Source: Rhodospirillales bacterium (GTDB lineage: Bacteria > Pseudomonadota > Alphaproteobacteria > Rhodospirillales > Casp-alpha2). From it: a stretch of 40,858 bases of DNA. Shown in pieces: positions 8,890-17,476 of this stretch. The position numbers were made by a program, and so were the translations under genes. The notes beneath the pieces are model-generated. The model did no database searches. It saw only the letters and a list, made by a program, of their open reading frames with translations, and was not told the DNA's origin. Numbering within the stretch: position 1 is the first letter of the stretch; the number at the start of each line of letters is the position of its first letter. The stretch spans positions 1 to 40,858 of the forward strand of contig JANQIJ010000341.1 in NCBI GenBank assembly GCA_028282185.1, given 5' to 3'.

Positions 8890-10462
8890 CTTCCTCGGTC
8901 ACGCCGGGTTCCAGGTCGTTTGCGGTGACATTCGTCTGCTCTTGGATCCATGGGGTCCTGACTACCGCCCTTTTCTGGGAACCTGGCGTCAGTGGCCGAG
9001 TAACAGGGGAGTTTTCACGAACCTCACTGACTTACGGTCGCCGACCCATGTTTGGTGCTCGCATATGCATGGGGATCACTTCGATCCCGTGTTCCTCTCC
9101 AGCGTCGACAAGGATGCATGTGTCATTCTGCCTTCCTTTCCCGGCACGTCCATGCGCGCAGGGTTCGAAGACCTCGGCTTCAAATCATTCATCGAATTGG
9201 GGCACATGGAGGCCGCCGACCTAGATGAGCAGACAAGGGTCGTCATGTTGTTGGAAAAGCCGGAACGGACGGAACATGCGTCCCTCTTCGTGCAGTCAAA
9301 AGATGGTTCGTTCTTTCACAACGGAGACACGTCCCTGGACGAGGAAACTTTCGAAACCTTTCGGGCGAACATCGCCAAGCGGATCGACGTGTTCTTTGGT
9401 CAGCATTCGGACCCGTCCTCGTTTCCACATGTGATGAACTGGGATGCCGACAAGAAGGCTCGGGTGACGGTGGAACGGGGGGAAGCCGCACGCCTTCGGT
9501 TCTGTGTCCATGTTGAGGGCCTCAATGCGCAATATGCGATCCCCGGCGCCGGCCCGGTTCTGATCAGGCCTCCAGGCGGTCCGCTTCAAGGCCTGGGCGA
9601 GCAGTTCGCCGCCGGTGGGCCCTATGACTTCCAAGGGGTGAAAGACGCCTTGAACGATGCAGTGCCCGACACTCGGGTCGAGATGCTCCTGCCTGGCGAC
9701 GGGCTGGACCTGACCGAGGGCGTGGCGTCGTTTCATGCCTCCCCAATGCCGGACGAGCGGGCATGCCGCATCTGGATGGACGATATCGGCATGGAGACCG
9801 AGCCCGGCTCTTTCGTGCCATCGCGGGACCTGCCGACAATCGATAGTCGGGCTCCTTTCGCCGCGCTGCATCTCGGGCGATTTGTGGAAGCGGCAAACCT
9901 ATGCCCGGAAACCTTCCGGAAGTTTGATTTCAGGTTCAATGTCCGGTTTCCGGATCTTGACTGCTGTTTTGCTCTCGACTTCCGTGCCCCGCCGCCCAAA
10001 TGGACCGTTGAGATACATCCGAGCGATGAAATCCCGTCGGGTGACCATGAGCACTTCTCGCTTCTCCTCGACAGCGCCATCTGGGACGGGTTTTTGAAAA
10101 ATACGTACTGTTTCGATGAAATCAACTTCAGCAGGTCGTTCACGGTCGACCAGTCAGAGCGTGGGTTCTCCATAGATTTCCTGCAGCTTCTTAAGTCCAT
10201 GCATGATCCGGACTTGCTGCGCGGTCTCGATGCGGAGTCCCGGCTCGCCCCCAACCAGGAGCACACGGTGCTCCATAAGGGGAAGCCTTGCCGAATTCTG
10301 AGCCATTGTCCCCATCAAGGTCTCTCTCTTGTCGGCCTTGAGCCCGACGAGCAGGGGATCATTACCTGTCCGGGGCATGGGTGGAAGTTCTCAGTCTTGG
10401 ACGGGGCCTGCGTTCTGGGCGACACCCGGAAAAGCATCAAGGCGCCTTCGGGCCATGAGTAA
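8879..10462 (+). CDS. Metallo-beta-lactamase-fold plus C-terminal Rieske [2Fe-2S] protein, NamH (UDP-MurNAc hydroxylase)-like N-acyl-sugar hydroxylase
   Basis: Motifs LGHAGF..LLLDPW, SHMHGDHFD (HxHxDH), IPGAGP, and Rieske CPH-x-CPGHGWKF..DGAC. Domain order and roughly 520-aa length match mycobacterial NamH as I recall it. Overlaps the GT61 stop codon. Confidence 0.75.
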   Translation: MKIDFLGHAGFQVVCGDIRLLLDPWGPDYRPFLGTWRQWPSNRGVFTNLTDLRSPTHVWCSHMHGDHFDPVFLSSVDKDACVILPSFPGTSMRAGFEDLGFKSFIELGHMEAADLDEQTRVVMLLEKPERTEHASLFVQSKDGSFFHNGDTSLDEETFETFRANIAKRIDVFFGQHSDPSSFPHVMNWDADKKARVTVERGEAARLRFCVHVEGLNAQYAIPGAGPVLIRPPGGPLQGLGEQFAAGGPYDFQGVKDALNDAVPDTRVEMLLPGDGLDLTEGVASFHASPMPDERACRIWMDDIGMETEPGSFVPSRDLPTIDSRAPFAALHLGRFVEAANLCPETFRKFDFRFNVRFPDLDCCFALDFRAPPPKWTVEIHPSDEIPSGDHEHFSLLLDSAIWDGFLKNTYCFDEINFSRSFTVDQSERGFSIDFLQLLKSMHDPDLLRGLDAESRLAPNQEHTVLHKGKPCRILSHCPHQGLSLVGLEPDEQGIITCPGHGWKFSVLDGACVLGDTRKSIKAPSGHE

Positions 10463-11489
10463 TCTCTGGCAATCAGGGACGGTCGACCTTCCGGCGGGCA
10501 AAACCATCGTCGGATATGGCGCCGGTCTGGCCGCGCATCAGGCATTGGTGAGCGGCCGGCACCGCCCTCGGTTCTTGGTCAGCGATCGCGCGGAGAACGC
10601 CGGCACCGTCTCCCTGGATGGCGTTCCGGTCCTGCCCGTTTCCGCTCTGGAGGCACTTGATCCGGCAGAGACAGTGGTCGTCGTTCTCGCCTTTCAAAGT
10701 CAGTCCGTTCAAAAAATCTTCGCCCGTTTGCGACCGCGGGGATATATCTACGGGGAAAACCTGATCGACTACGATCGCTTCTGCTTCGCCAGCCTCGCGG
10801 AACGGGCGCGTGAATTCCTATGCAGGGACCTGGACAGAGAACTGTTTGACCGCGTTCATTTGTCGCAACAAACCACGGAGGCTGACAACAGGACCGGCGC
10901 TCTCGGTACCTTCCTCATTGCAGAACTATTGAGACATTGCCGGGACCTCGGAATCGAAGGCGATGTCGCCGAACTGGGGGTTTACCAGGGGAGCAACGCG
11001 CTCACTATTCTAGAGGAATGTCCTGACGTTCTGAGGGCCAGAACGTTTCATCTGTTCGACAGTTTTTCCGGCTTTTCACCCGATGACGGCGCGGCCGATT
11101 CCCATCGCCCCCTGGACGACTTTCGGGATGTCTCTTTCAGCGATGTCGAAAGACGATTCTCTGATTTCGAAAACGTCATCCTTCACAAGGGGTACTTCAG
11201 CGAAACCCTGGAGGCCGTCCAGGAGAAAGCCTTTGCCTTGGCCTATTTCGATGCGGACCTATACGACGCCTCCCGGGACGCGATCGAGGCTTTGTGGCCG
11301 AGGGTCGTCCCGAACGGTCTGATGGTTTTTCACGACTACGTCGACCGGTGCGTCCAGTTACCGAAGGGTGAAACCAAACCTTTCCGGGGGGTATCACAGG
11401 CCGTGGACGAATTTTGCAGCCGAACCGACGGCGTGAAACGCGCTTCTTTTCCGGAAACGACGCATATCGTCTTGATCAAATCGGATTGA
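10455..11489 (+). CDS. TylF/MycF/NovP-family sugar O-methyltransferase with an N-terminal Rossmann-like domain
   Basis: Motifs GDVAELGVYQG, LFDSFSG, KGYFSETL, FDADLY, FHDY, GVSQAVDEF. N-terminal IVGYGAG. ATG 10455 overlaps the upstream stop (ATGAGTAA). Confidence 0.85.
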   Translation: MSNLWQSGTVDLPAGKTIVGYGAGLAAHQALVSGRHRPRFLVSDRAENAGTVSLDGVPVLPVSALEALDPAETVVVVLAFQSQSVQKIFARLRPRGYIYGENLIDYDRFCFASLAERAREFLCRDLDRELFDRVHLSQQTTEADNRTGALGTFLIAELLRHCRDLGIEGDVAELGVYQGSNALTILEECPDVLRARTFHLFDSFSGFSPDDGAADSHRPLDDFRDVSFSDVERRFSDFENVILHKGYFSETLEAVQEKAFALAYFDADLYDASRDAIEALWPRVVPNGLMVFHDYVDRCVQLPKGETKPFRGVSQAVDEFCSRTDGVKRASFPETTHIVLIKSD

Positions 11490-11499
11490 TCCAAAAGTT

Positions 11500-11513
11500 G
11501 GCTCGCAAGAGCC
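11500..11513. terminator. Small hairpin between convergent operons, possible terminator
   Basis: GGCTC-GCAA-GAGCC just after the TylF stop, with short A/T tracts nearby. The stem is short. Confidence 0.25.
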
Positions 11514-11732
11514 TTCAGCCCAAGAACCGAGCCGCCGTTTTTCTTTGATGAAACCAGATGGCTGCATGGCGCGCCGGCGCACGTACTTGGCGCAAACGGA
11601 ATCCAACCCATCCGTCATCAAGCCCGTTTTGAATTCGAGGTTTTTCGGTTCCTGAAAGATGTCGGCCATGTTTTCGACGCTGCCGGTATGATGCGCGGGA
11701 GAACTTGAAAAGCTGTAACGCGTTGACAGGCT

Positions 11733-12173
11733 CTAGCCGTTGGAGCCGGCCTCGACAAACTCAAGAACCATGCCTTCTCGAAACGCAAAGAAGCATATGT
11801 GACGCCCGTCAAAGGCCACGGCTGGGCGGGGGGGCACGATCATCTTTCCCCGGTTCTCGCGCGCCCAGGTCATGGCGGATTCCAGTTCAGGGACCAGATA
11901 GGCGAAGTGATAGATCCTGCCGCCCGCGCCCAACCAAGGTGACAAGGTGTCCGAGCCGGGCAGGTTTTCCAGGAGTTCCAGGCGGGGCCCCGGACCGATC
12001 AGGAAGCGGCCGGCAATTCCCTGCCCTGGGTCGCTAAAATCCGGTCCCTCTTGGATGTACCCCAGCATCTGGAAGAACTGGCCGTCGCGCGCGAGCGACG
12101 GGCTCGCGAAACCCGCGTGATGGAATGTGAATTCATCGGGCACTTCGGCCGGCTGGGGACCAGGGTTAGCCAT
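11733..12173 (-). CDS. VOC family protein (methylmalonyl-CoA epimerase / glyoxalase-like)
   Basis: Motifs FHHAGFA, DPGQG, LELLE, YHFAYLV, PAVAFDGRHICF, LEFVE. ATG 12173 overlaps the GNAT stop. Confidence 0.8.
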   Translation of the reverse strand: MANPGPQPAEVPDEFTFHHAGFASPSLARDGQFFQMLGYIQEGPDFSDPGQGIAGRFLIGPGPRLELLENLPGSDTLSPWLGAGGRIYHFAYLVPELESAMTWARENRGKMIVPPRPAVAFDGRHICFFAFREGMVLEFVEAGSNG

Positions 12174-12750
12174 GCCGCATTCTCCCGGCAATCAACGCTA
12201 CCATCCGTTCAAGACGCGGCGCCAAGTCTCGCCAGTCGGCTCTGTCGACCCGGTGTTCGATCGCGTCAAGGGTTCGGCCATCGATCGAGAAATAGTCCGG
12301 CAACCGGGTTCTCCGAACGATTTCACAGGAATCGTGAAACGAAACGACCGATTCATTCTCCGCATTGGTGCGACAGTACGCTTCCTCAAGACCAAGAAGC
12401 TCGAAGGCGCATCGGTAGATGAGCCAGGCACTTTCGACGGCGGCCAGGGAACTGGGACGCAAGACCCAACGGCCCCATTCGCCGGTACGGGCTTCGGGGT
12501 CGACATTATAGATGGAGATGACCCCTTCTGGCGCCCCCCCGGCCAGCCGTTCCACGACAAAGTAATAGTCTCCCGGCCGTTCGTAGTATTCGGCAAACCA
12601 GGAAAGTTGGTCCTCCAAATTGGACGAGGTCGTGTGTAGAAACCGGTTTAGCCTCGGGTCTCCGCGAAGTTCCAAGACCAAGGCGGCGTCGGCGTCGGTG
12701 ATAGGGCGTAGGCGGCAGGTCTTGCCCTGAATGGCGAGGTCATGCCGCAT
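12166..12750 (-). CDS. GNAT (RimJ/RimL/PseH-like) N-acyltransferase
   Basis: Motifs RLRPIT..DA..VLELR, QLSWF, GVISIYNVD, GEWGRWVL, AFELLGLEE, NESVVSFH. ATG 12750 overlaps the ACP stop. Confidence 0.85.
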   Translation of the reverse strand: MRHDLAIQGKTCRLRPITDADAALVLELRGDPRLNRFLHTTSSNLEDQLSWFAEYYERPGDYYFVVERLAGGAPEGVISIYNVDPEARTGEWGRWVLRPSSLAAVESAWLIYRCAFELLGLEEAYCRTNAENESVVSFHDSCEIVRRTRLPDYFSIDGRTLDAIEHRVDRADWRDLAPRLERMVALIAGRMRHG

Positions 12751-12976
12751 GGAGTGATTCCACTGCGGCGACGATTTTAGCGACACTATCGAGATTCCCA
12801 ATGGCGTCTTCACTGAAGTGAACGTTCAGTTCGTCCTCTAGGGCAAAAATCACTTCGATATGTTTCAGTGAATCCCATTGGGGCGTGTTCTTCCTGGAGC
12901 TGTCCTCATTCAAGGTGCAGTTGATGGTTGCGGAAAGAACGCTCAGGACTTCTGTGATGATCTCCGGGTGACTCAT
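12740..12976 (-). CDS. Stand-alone acyl carrier protein
   Basis: 78 aa with WDSLKHIEVIFALEDELNVHF, the phosphopantetheine Ser motif typical of glycan-locus ACPs. Confidence 0.88.
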   Translation of the reverse strand: MSHPEIITEVLSVLSATINCTLNEDSSRKNTPQWDSLKHIEVIFALEDELNVHFSEDAIGNLDSVAKIVAAVESLHAA

Positions 12977-13133
12977 GACCGTTCAATCTTAGCTGATAGG
13001 GAATTCCGGGGCCCAGGGTGTGATCTTTCACGAGCTCAGAGGCTGCTGGTCGGCTGGATTCTTGGGATACAAATGGGCGGCGCCAATCGTCCTGTGCCGA
13101 CGGCTCTTGTATCGCCGCGAAGACCGGTTCCTG

Positions 13134-14012
13134 CTAATTCGTCAGATCCTCATCGAGAACCCGTTGCAGATAGGCGGTATAGACGGGGTTTTGAGAAGAA
13201 GCGATGGTGTGCTGGAACTGGTCGGCATCGATGAAGCCCATCTGTAGGGCGATTTCCTCCAAACTGGCGATTTGCAAGCCTTGGCGTTTTTCGATCGTTT
13301 CTATGAATTGTGAGGCTTCGAGCAGGCTTTCGGGCGTCCCGGTGTCGAGCCAGGTGAACCCGCGCCTCAGTTTCTCGACGCAGAGATCGCCACGTTTCAT
13401 ATAGGCCTCGATGAGACCGACGATCTCCAGCTCACCCCTTCGTGACGGTTTGAGCTGGGCCGCGTAATCACAGACATTGCTGTCGAAAAAATAGAGCCCC
13501 GCGATGCCCCAGTCGGACCGGGGGTTGTCCGGTTTTTCGAGGACACGTATGGGCCTGTCGTTTTCATCGAATTCGAACACGCCGTAATTTTCCGGATCGG
13601 ACACCTGCGAGGCGAACACCGTCGCACCGGTTCCCCGGCCCGCCGCGCGAGACAGCAGCGAGGACAACCCCTGGCCGTAAATAATGTTGTCTCCGAGAAT
13701 CAGCGCCGAGGCTTCATCGCCGACAAAGTCGCGGCCAATCATGTAAGCTTCTGGAATCCCGTTTGGGTTCTCCTGTTGCGCATACTGGATTCGCACCCCC
13801 AATCGCGTGCCATCCCCCAGCAAGCGGTCGAAACTGGACTGGTCCTGGGGATTGGTGATGATCAGGATCTCCCGGATCCCCGCCAGCATCAGGACCGACA
13901 AGGGGTAGAAGATCATCGGCTTGTTGTAGATGGGCAGCAGGTGCTTGTTCACAACCAGCGTTACGGGATGTAGCCTCGTGCCCTTTCCGCCGGCCATAAT
14001 GATCCCCTTCAT
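13134..14012 (-). CDS. rmlA: Glucose-1-phosphate thymidylyltransferase
   Basis: Motifs MKGIIMAGGKGTRLHP, LLPIYNKPMI, LILGDNI, EKP, PSRRGELEI, WLDTGT. Confidence 0.96.
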   Translation of the reverse strand: MKGIIMAGGKGTRLHPVTLVVNKHLLPIYNKPMIFYPLSVLMLAGIREILIITNPQDQSSFDRLLGDGTRLGVRIQYAQQENPNGIPEAYMIGRDFVGDEASALILGDNIIYGQGLSSLLSRAAGRGTGATVFASQVSDPENYGVFEFDENDRPIRVLEKPDNPRSDWGIAGLYFFDSNVCDYAAQLKPSRRGELEIVGLIEAYMKRGDLCVEKLRRGFTWLDTGTPESLLEASQFIETIEKRQGLQIASLEEIALQMGFIDADQFQHTIASSQNPVYTAYLQRVLDEDLTN

Positions 14013-15094
14013 GAACGCGCCCTGCCATCAGAAGCCGCGGCCAGGCCCTGCCGTGCCGGCTGGTCGCTTTGAGCCAATATGGGCACCCACCAGTCCCGAC
14101 GCTCCATGTACCAGTTGACTGTCCGCTTCAGTCCTTCGTCGAAGGAAACAGAGGGTCGCCAGCCCAGGCGGTCCGCGGTCCTGGAATAGTCCATGGCATA
14201 CCGCAGGTCGTGGCCGGGCCTGTCTTCAACGAACTGGATAAGCCGCTCGTGTCCGCCCGGGGCACCCTGTGGATGGACTTTGTCCAAGAGGCGGCAGATG
14301 GCCGCCACCACATCCAGATTGCTGTGTTCCGCCGAGCCGCCGACAAAATAGGTCTCGCCGTTGGTGCCTTCGAATAGGATTTGGCACAGGGCCGCTGCGT
14401 GGTCATCCACGTAGAGCCAGTCGCGAATACTGCGGCCATCGCCGTAGACGGGCATGGCGCGGCCCTGGAGCCCGTTCAAAATCATCAGAGGGATCAGTTT
14501 TTCGGGAAACTGATAGGGGCCGTAGTTGTTGGAGCAGTTGCTGAGGACGACGTTCAGACCGTAGGTGTGGTGCCAGGCGCGGACGAGGTGGTCCGCAGCA
14601 GCCTTGGACGCGGCATAGGGAGACCGCGGATCATAGGCGTCATCCGGGAGGAAAGGGGGGGCGTCAAGTGCAAGAGAGCCGAACACTTCGTCCGTCGATA
14701 CATGGTGAAAGCGGAAATCATCTCGCTCGTCGGCGGGGAGTTGGTCCCGCCAGGCGATACAAGCGTTCAGCAACCGATAGGTTCCGACGATGTTGGTATT
14801 CACGAAGGGCTCGGGGCTGTCGATCGAGCGGTCAACATGGGATTCCGCCGCCAGATGAACAACCCGCGTCGGTTGATGGATCTCGAAAACGGCCTTCAGC
14901 GTTGCTTCGTCACAAACATCGGCCTGTACAAAAGTGTAATTCGGATTTTCTGCAACAGTAGCAAGGTTCGCCAAGTTCGCCGCATAGGTAAGTTTATCCA
15001 CGTTGACGATCTGGTGAGCGTCTTTTTTGAAGAGATGCCGGATGACCGCTGAGCCGATAAAGCCCGCACCGCCGGTAATCAATATCTTCACCAC
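14009..15094 (-). CDS. rmlB: dTDP-glucose 4,6-dehydratase
   Basis: Motifs ITGGAGFIGS, DKLTYAAN, HLAAESHVDRSI, HVSTDEV, PYAASKA, NNYGPYQFPEKLIP, DRPGHDLRY. ATGA overlap with rmlA. Confidence 0.97.
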   Translation of the reverse strand: MVKILITGGAGFIGSAVIRHLFKKDAHQIVNVDKLTYAANLANLATVAENPNYTFVQADVCDEATLKAVFEIHQPTRVVHLAAESHVDRSIDSPEPFVNTNIVGTYRLLNACIAWRDQLPADERDDFRFHHVSTDEVFGSLALDAPPFLPDDAYDPRSPYAASKAAADHLVRAWHHTYGLNVVLSNCSNNYGPYQFPEKLIPLMILNGLQGRAMPVYGDGRSIRDWLYVDDHAAALCQILFEGTNGETYFVGGSAEHSNLDVVAAICRLLDKVHPQGAPGGHERLIQFVEDRPGHDLRYAMDYSRTADRLGWRPSVSFDEGLKRTVNWYMERRDWWVPILAQSDQPARQGLAAASDGRARS

Positions 15095-15380
15095 TCATCC
15101 CCAAGGTGAACATAAGAAGTTGAACTTACGTGATATCGCGGCGTTTTGTGAAGGCCGTTCTATGTCTTGGCGATAAGGGATGATTCCGAACCGCCCTTAT
15201 CCGGTGTTTTGTCATCACGCCGACGGCTCCTCCTTCGAAATGCGCCCAACCGCTTCTGGGCATGCGTAAGCTGACGATGTCCGCGCCGCACTCAGGGCAG
15301 GGTGGCGATAAGAGCCTTGGTTTTTGCCGGCTAAGGGCTTCTTCCGAAACCCAGTTGGAATCCGGTCTTTCCCTCCGGTG

Positions 15381-16124
15381 CTAGCCTCCGATCAACCGCT
15401 TCCCGAAAACGTTCTCAAAATCGAAGACGTGCCAACCCACTTTGCGCGCATCCGATGTCTTGGCGGCGCCGGCGACAACCGCCTGATCGGATATCCACCT
15501 TTGGAAGAAGTGCCAGTTGGAGGGGGGGCCGTATCGGGGGTGAAGAAAGACCAACCTGGCTGAATTTTTGCCCGAAACCTCAAAACAAACATCATTCTTG
15601 GGGAGGGAAAGGCCGACGCCGACTGCCTTCGAAAAGGCCTCTCGCACGGTCCAAAATGACAATAGCCGCCTAATTTCGTCAGCGCTCCCATGCGGCGTGA
15701 GGCTCGCAGCCTCTTGATCCGAGAGTGCGGAAGCCAAGGAGGCCGCGTTCAGTTTTCGCGAGGCCGTCTCGATGTCCACGCCCACAGGGGCCGAATTGGC
15801 AATGGCCATGGCGGCGACCCCGCTGCTATGCGACAGGTTGAATGCCAGTGGGGGTCGGCCAAGGCCGGTTTGAATGCGGGGCTTGCCGTTTCGATCCCGT
15901 GTGAAGCGTATGCTTTCGGGCGGGGCGTCGAGATGGTGCCCGAGAACCGTTCGTTTCATGGCGTGAGCAAGCAAGTAGGCCCTCTTGCCGTCATCGAAAA
16001 CAAAAGAATCGTGTCGCGCGGTTTCCTCGGCGGAGAGCATCCCCATGAGGCGGTCTCGGGACTCTCGGCGTTCAAGGCAGCGAACCGAGGCATGGTAGAT
16101 AATGACGTCGTCGCGACAGAGCAT
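15381..16124 (-). CDS. Sfp-type 4'-phosphopantetheinyl transferase
   Basis: Motifs NGKP, FNLSHS, VGVDIE, FWTVREAFSKAVGVGLS. Confidence 0.92.
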   Translation of the reverse strand: MLCRDDVIIYHASVRCLERRESRDRLMGMLSAEETARHDSFVFDDGKRAYLLAHAMKRTVLGHHLDAPPESIRFTRDRNGKPRIQTGLGRPPLAFNLSHSSGVAAMAIANSAPVGVDIETASRKLNAASLASALSDQEAASLTPHGSADEIRRLLSFWTVREAFSKAVGVGLSLPKNDVCFEVSGKNSARLVFLHPRYGPPSNWHFFQRWISDQAVVAGAAKTSDARKVGWHVFDFENVFGKRLIGG

Positions 16125-16449
16125 TCACCCGCCCACCACGTCCATGACAGGGCCCGTAACAGGGAATGAACCGCCATCGACCCCGATAAGGGCCGCGTCG
16201 AACCCAGCGAGTGAGCGGCCATGGAGAGAAGACGTTTCGCGTGCATCGAAGCCGACCGTATCCGTCGAGGCATGTCTAAGGGGAGCGGGCATCACCGGTC
16301 CAGCCGAGCTTGACGTGTTGCGTTCCCCCGAGGCGCAAACAGTCGCCTTTCAGGCTCGAAATCGATCGGGTTTCGAAACCACGGGCTGTGTTTCTTGGCA
16401 TTGTCAGGAGCGTATTTCCAATGATCGCTGCGCATCTTCGGGGGCGCTC

Positions 16450-16517
16450 ATTGCATCTATTTATTGTGTAATGATTAATTAACTTTGATTTTTAATATAT
16501 ATCGTATAAGATGCAAT
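16450..16517. promoter_or_regulatory. Very AT-rich divergent promoter region bounded by a 9-bp inverted repeat
   Basis: ATTGCATCT (16450-16458) and AGATGCAAT (16509-16517) flank an almost pure A/T spacer containing TTAATTAA. The region lies between the divergent PPTase and the NRPS-PKS operon. Confidence 0.55.
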
Positions 16518-16564
16518 ATCTATTATATGATAAAAATACGAGCATTACCGGGAAGGGAAATGGG

Positions 16565-17305
16565 ATGTCAACGGAACATCAGGTCTGGGCAACCGTGTCC
16601 GGGGCGTCAAAGGTGGAAATTGCGCGGGATGTTTTGGACCTAACGCGCGCCGGCGTTGCCGCCATAGAGTTTCGGGTTGATCTCATCCCCGTCGAACTCT
16701 GGGATGACGTTTTTTCTGAGCTCGCGCCGTCGATACCTTGGTGGGTGGCGCATTTCGGGACGGGAAGCGACGCGGATCAGGCGCGCGACGCGATTTTCCG
16801 GACAATCGAGAGCGAGGCGGACGGGGCAATTTTCCATTCGCGCTGCGAGCATCTGCGTGAATTGGTCGCCGCTTGCCGGGAAGCCGGGAAGGCGTTTGCG
16901 GCGCCCTACCACAGTCAACAACCGCTTACCCTGGAGGGGGCGGTTGACGAATATGCCCATCAGCGGTCGTTGGCCCCTGCGTTCCGCAAAATCGCGGTGC
17001 GGGCAAATGATTTCAGCGAGGCAATGGCCTTGGTCGAAGCGACGCGAAGGGCCGCGGGCGAAGACGCGGCCCCGCCGGTCGGCGCCGTTTTCGGCAACCA
17101 GAGATGGGCGCGGGTCGCGTTACCGCATTCGGGTTCGGCGATTACCTTTATTGTTGCCCGCCGGTTGCCGAACGAGGTGGGAGGCGATGACGAGCAGCTC
17201 ACGCTGGGTGAGTTGCGCTCGCTCGCCAAGGTGCGTGGAATGCTTGCGGGGCCGACGCTTTTGACTGAAGAGGGCGATGGTCGCCAGGAAGCGGCGGCCG
17301 AGTGA
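16565..17305 (+). CDS. Divergent type I 3-dehydroquinate dehydratase (AroD)-like TIM-barrel protein
   Basis: IEFRVDL (cf. EWRVD), PYH (catalytic His position), RKIAV (Schiff-base Lys), WARVAL, EQL. ATG 16565 follows GGAAGGG. Confidence 0.6.
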   Translation: MSTEHQVWATVSGASKVEIARDVLDLTRAGVAAIEFRVDLIPVELWDDVFSELAPSIPWWVAHFGTGSDADQARDAIFRTIESEADGAIFHSRCEHLRELVAACREAGKAFAAPYHSQQPLTLEGAVDEYAHQRSLAPAFRKIAVRANDFSEAMALVEATRRAAGEDAAPPVGAVFGNQRWARVALPHSGSAITFIVARRLPNEVGGDDEQLTLGELRSLAKVRGMLAGPTLLTEEGDGRQEAAAE

Positions 17306-17476
17306 GGCGGCATTTAAGAATCGCGGAAAGAGTGGTCACGCGAGCCTCATGCATCAGGTGCCGCTCTTCCGTCAATGGCAATTCAACGCAATCGTTACGG
17401 GTCTGCATGGCTGGCGTAGCGAGCGAAGAATCACAATCGGCCATGCGACCATCGCAATTTGCCAGAGGAGAGGATT

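Noticed and set aside
11394-11669. 91-aa minus-strand ORF as a remnant of an FkbH-like loader
   Set aside because: No recognisable motifs, and it overlaps the TylF gene end.
13134-15094. dTDP-L-rhamnose operon
   Set aside because: rmlC and rmlD are absent from the window, and the local downstream enzymes point to a 3-amino-3,6-dideoxyhexose.
15172-15201. GATAAGGG-N14-CCCTTATC inverted repeat between the PPTase and rmlB
   Set aside because: A single 8-bp stem with a large loop and no U-tract on the transcribed strand; function cannot be supported.
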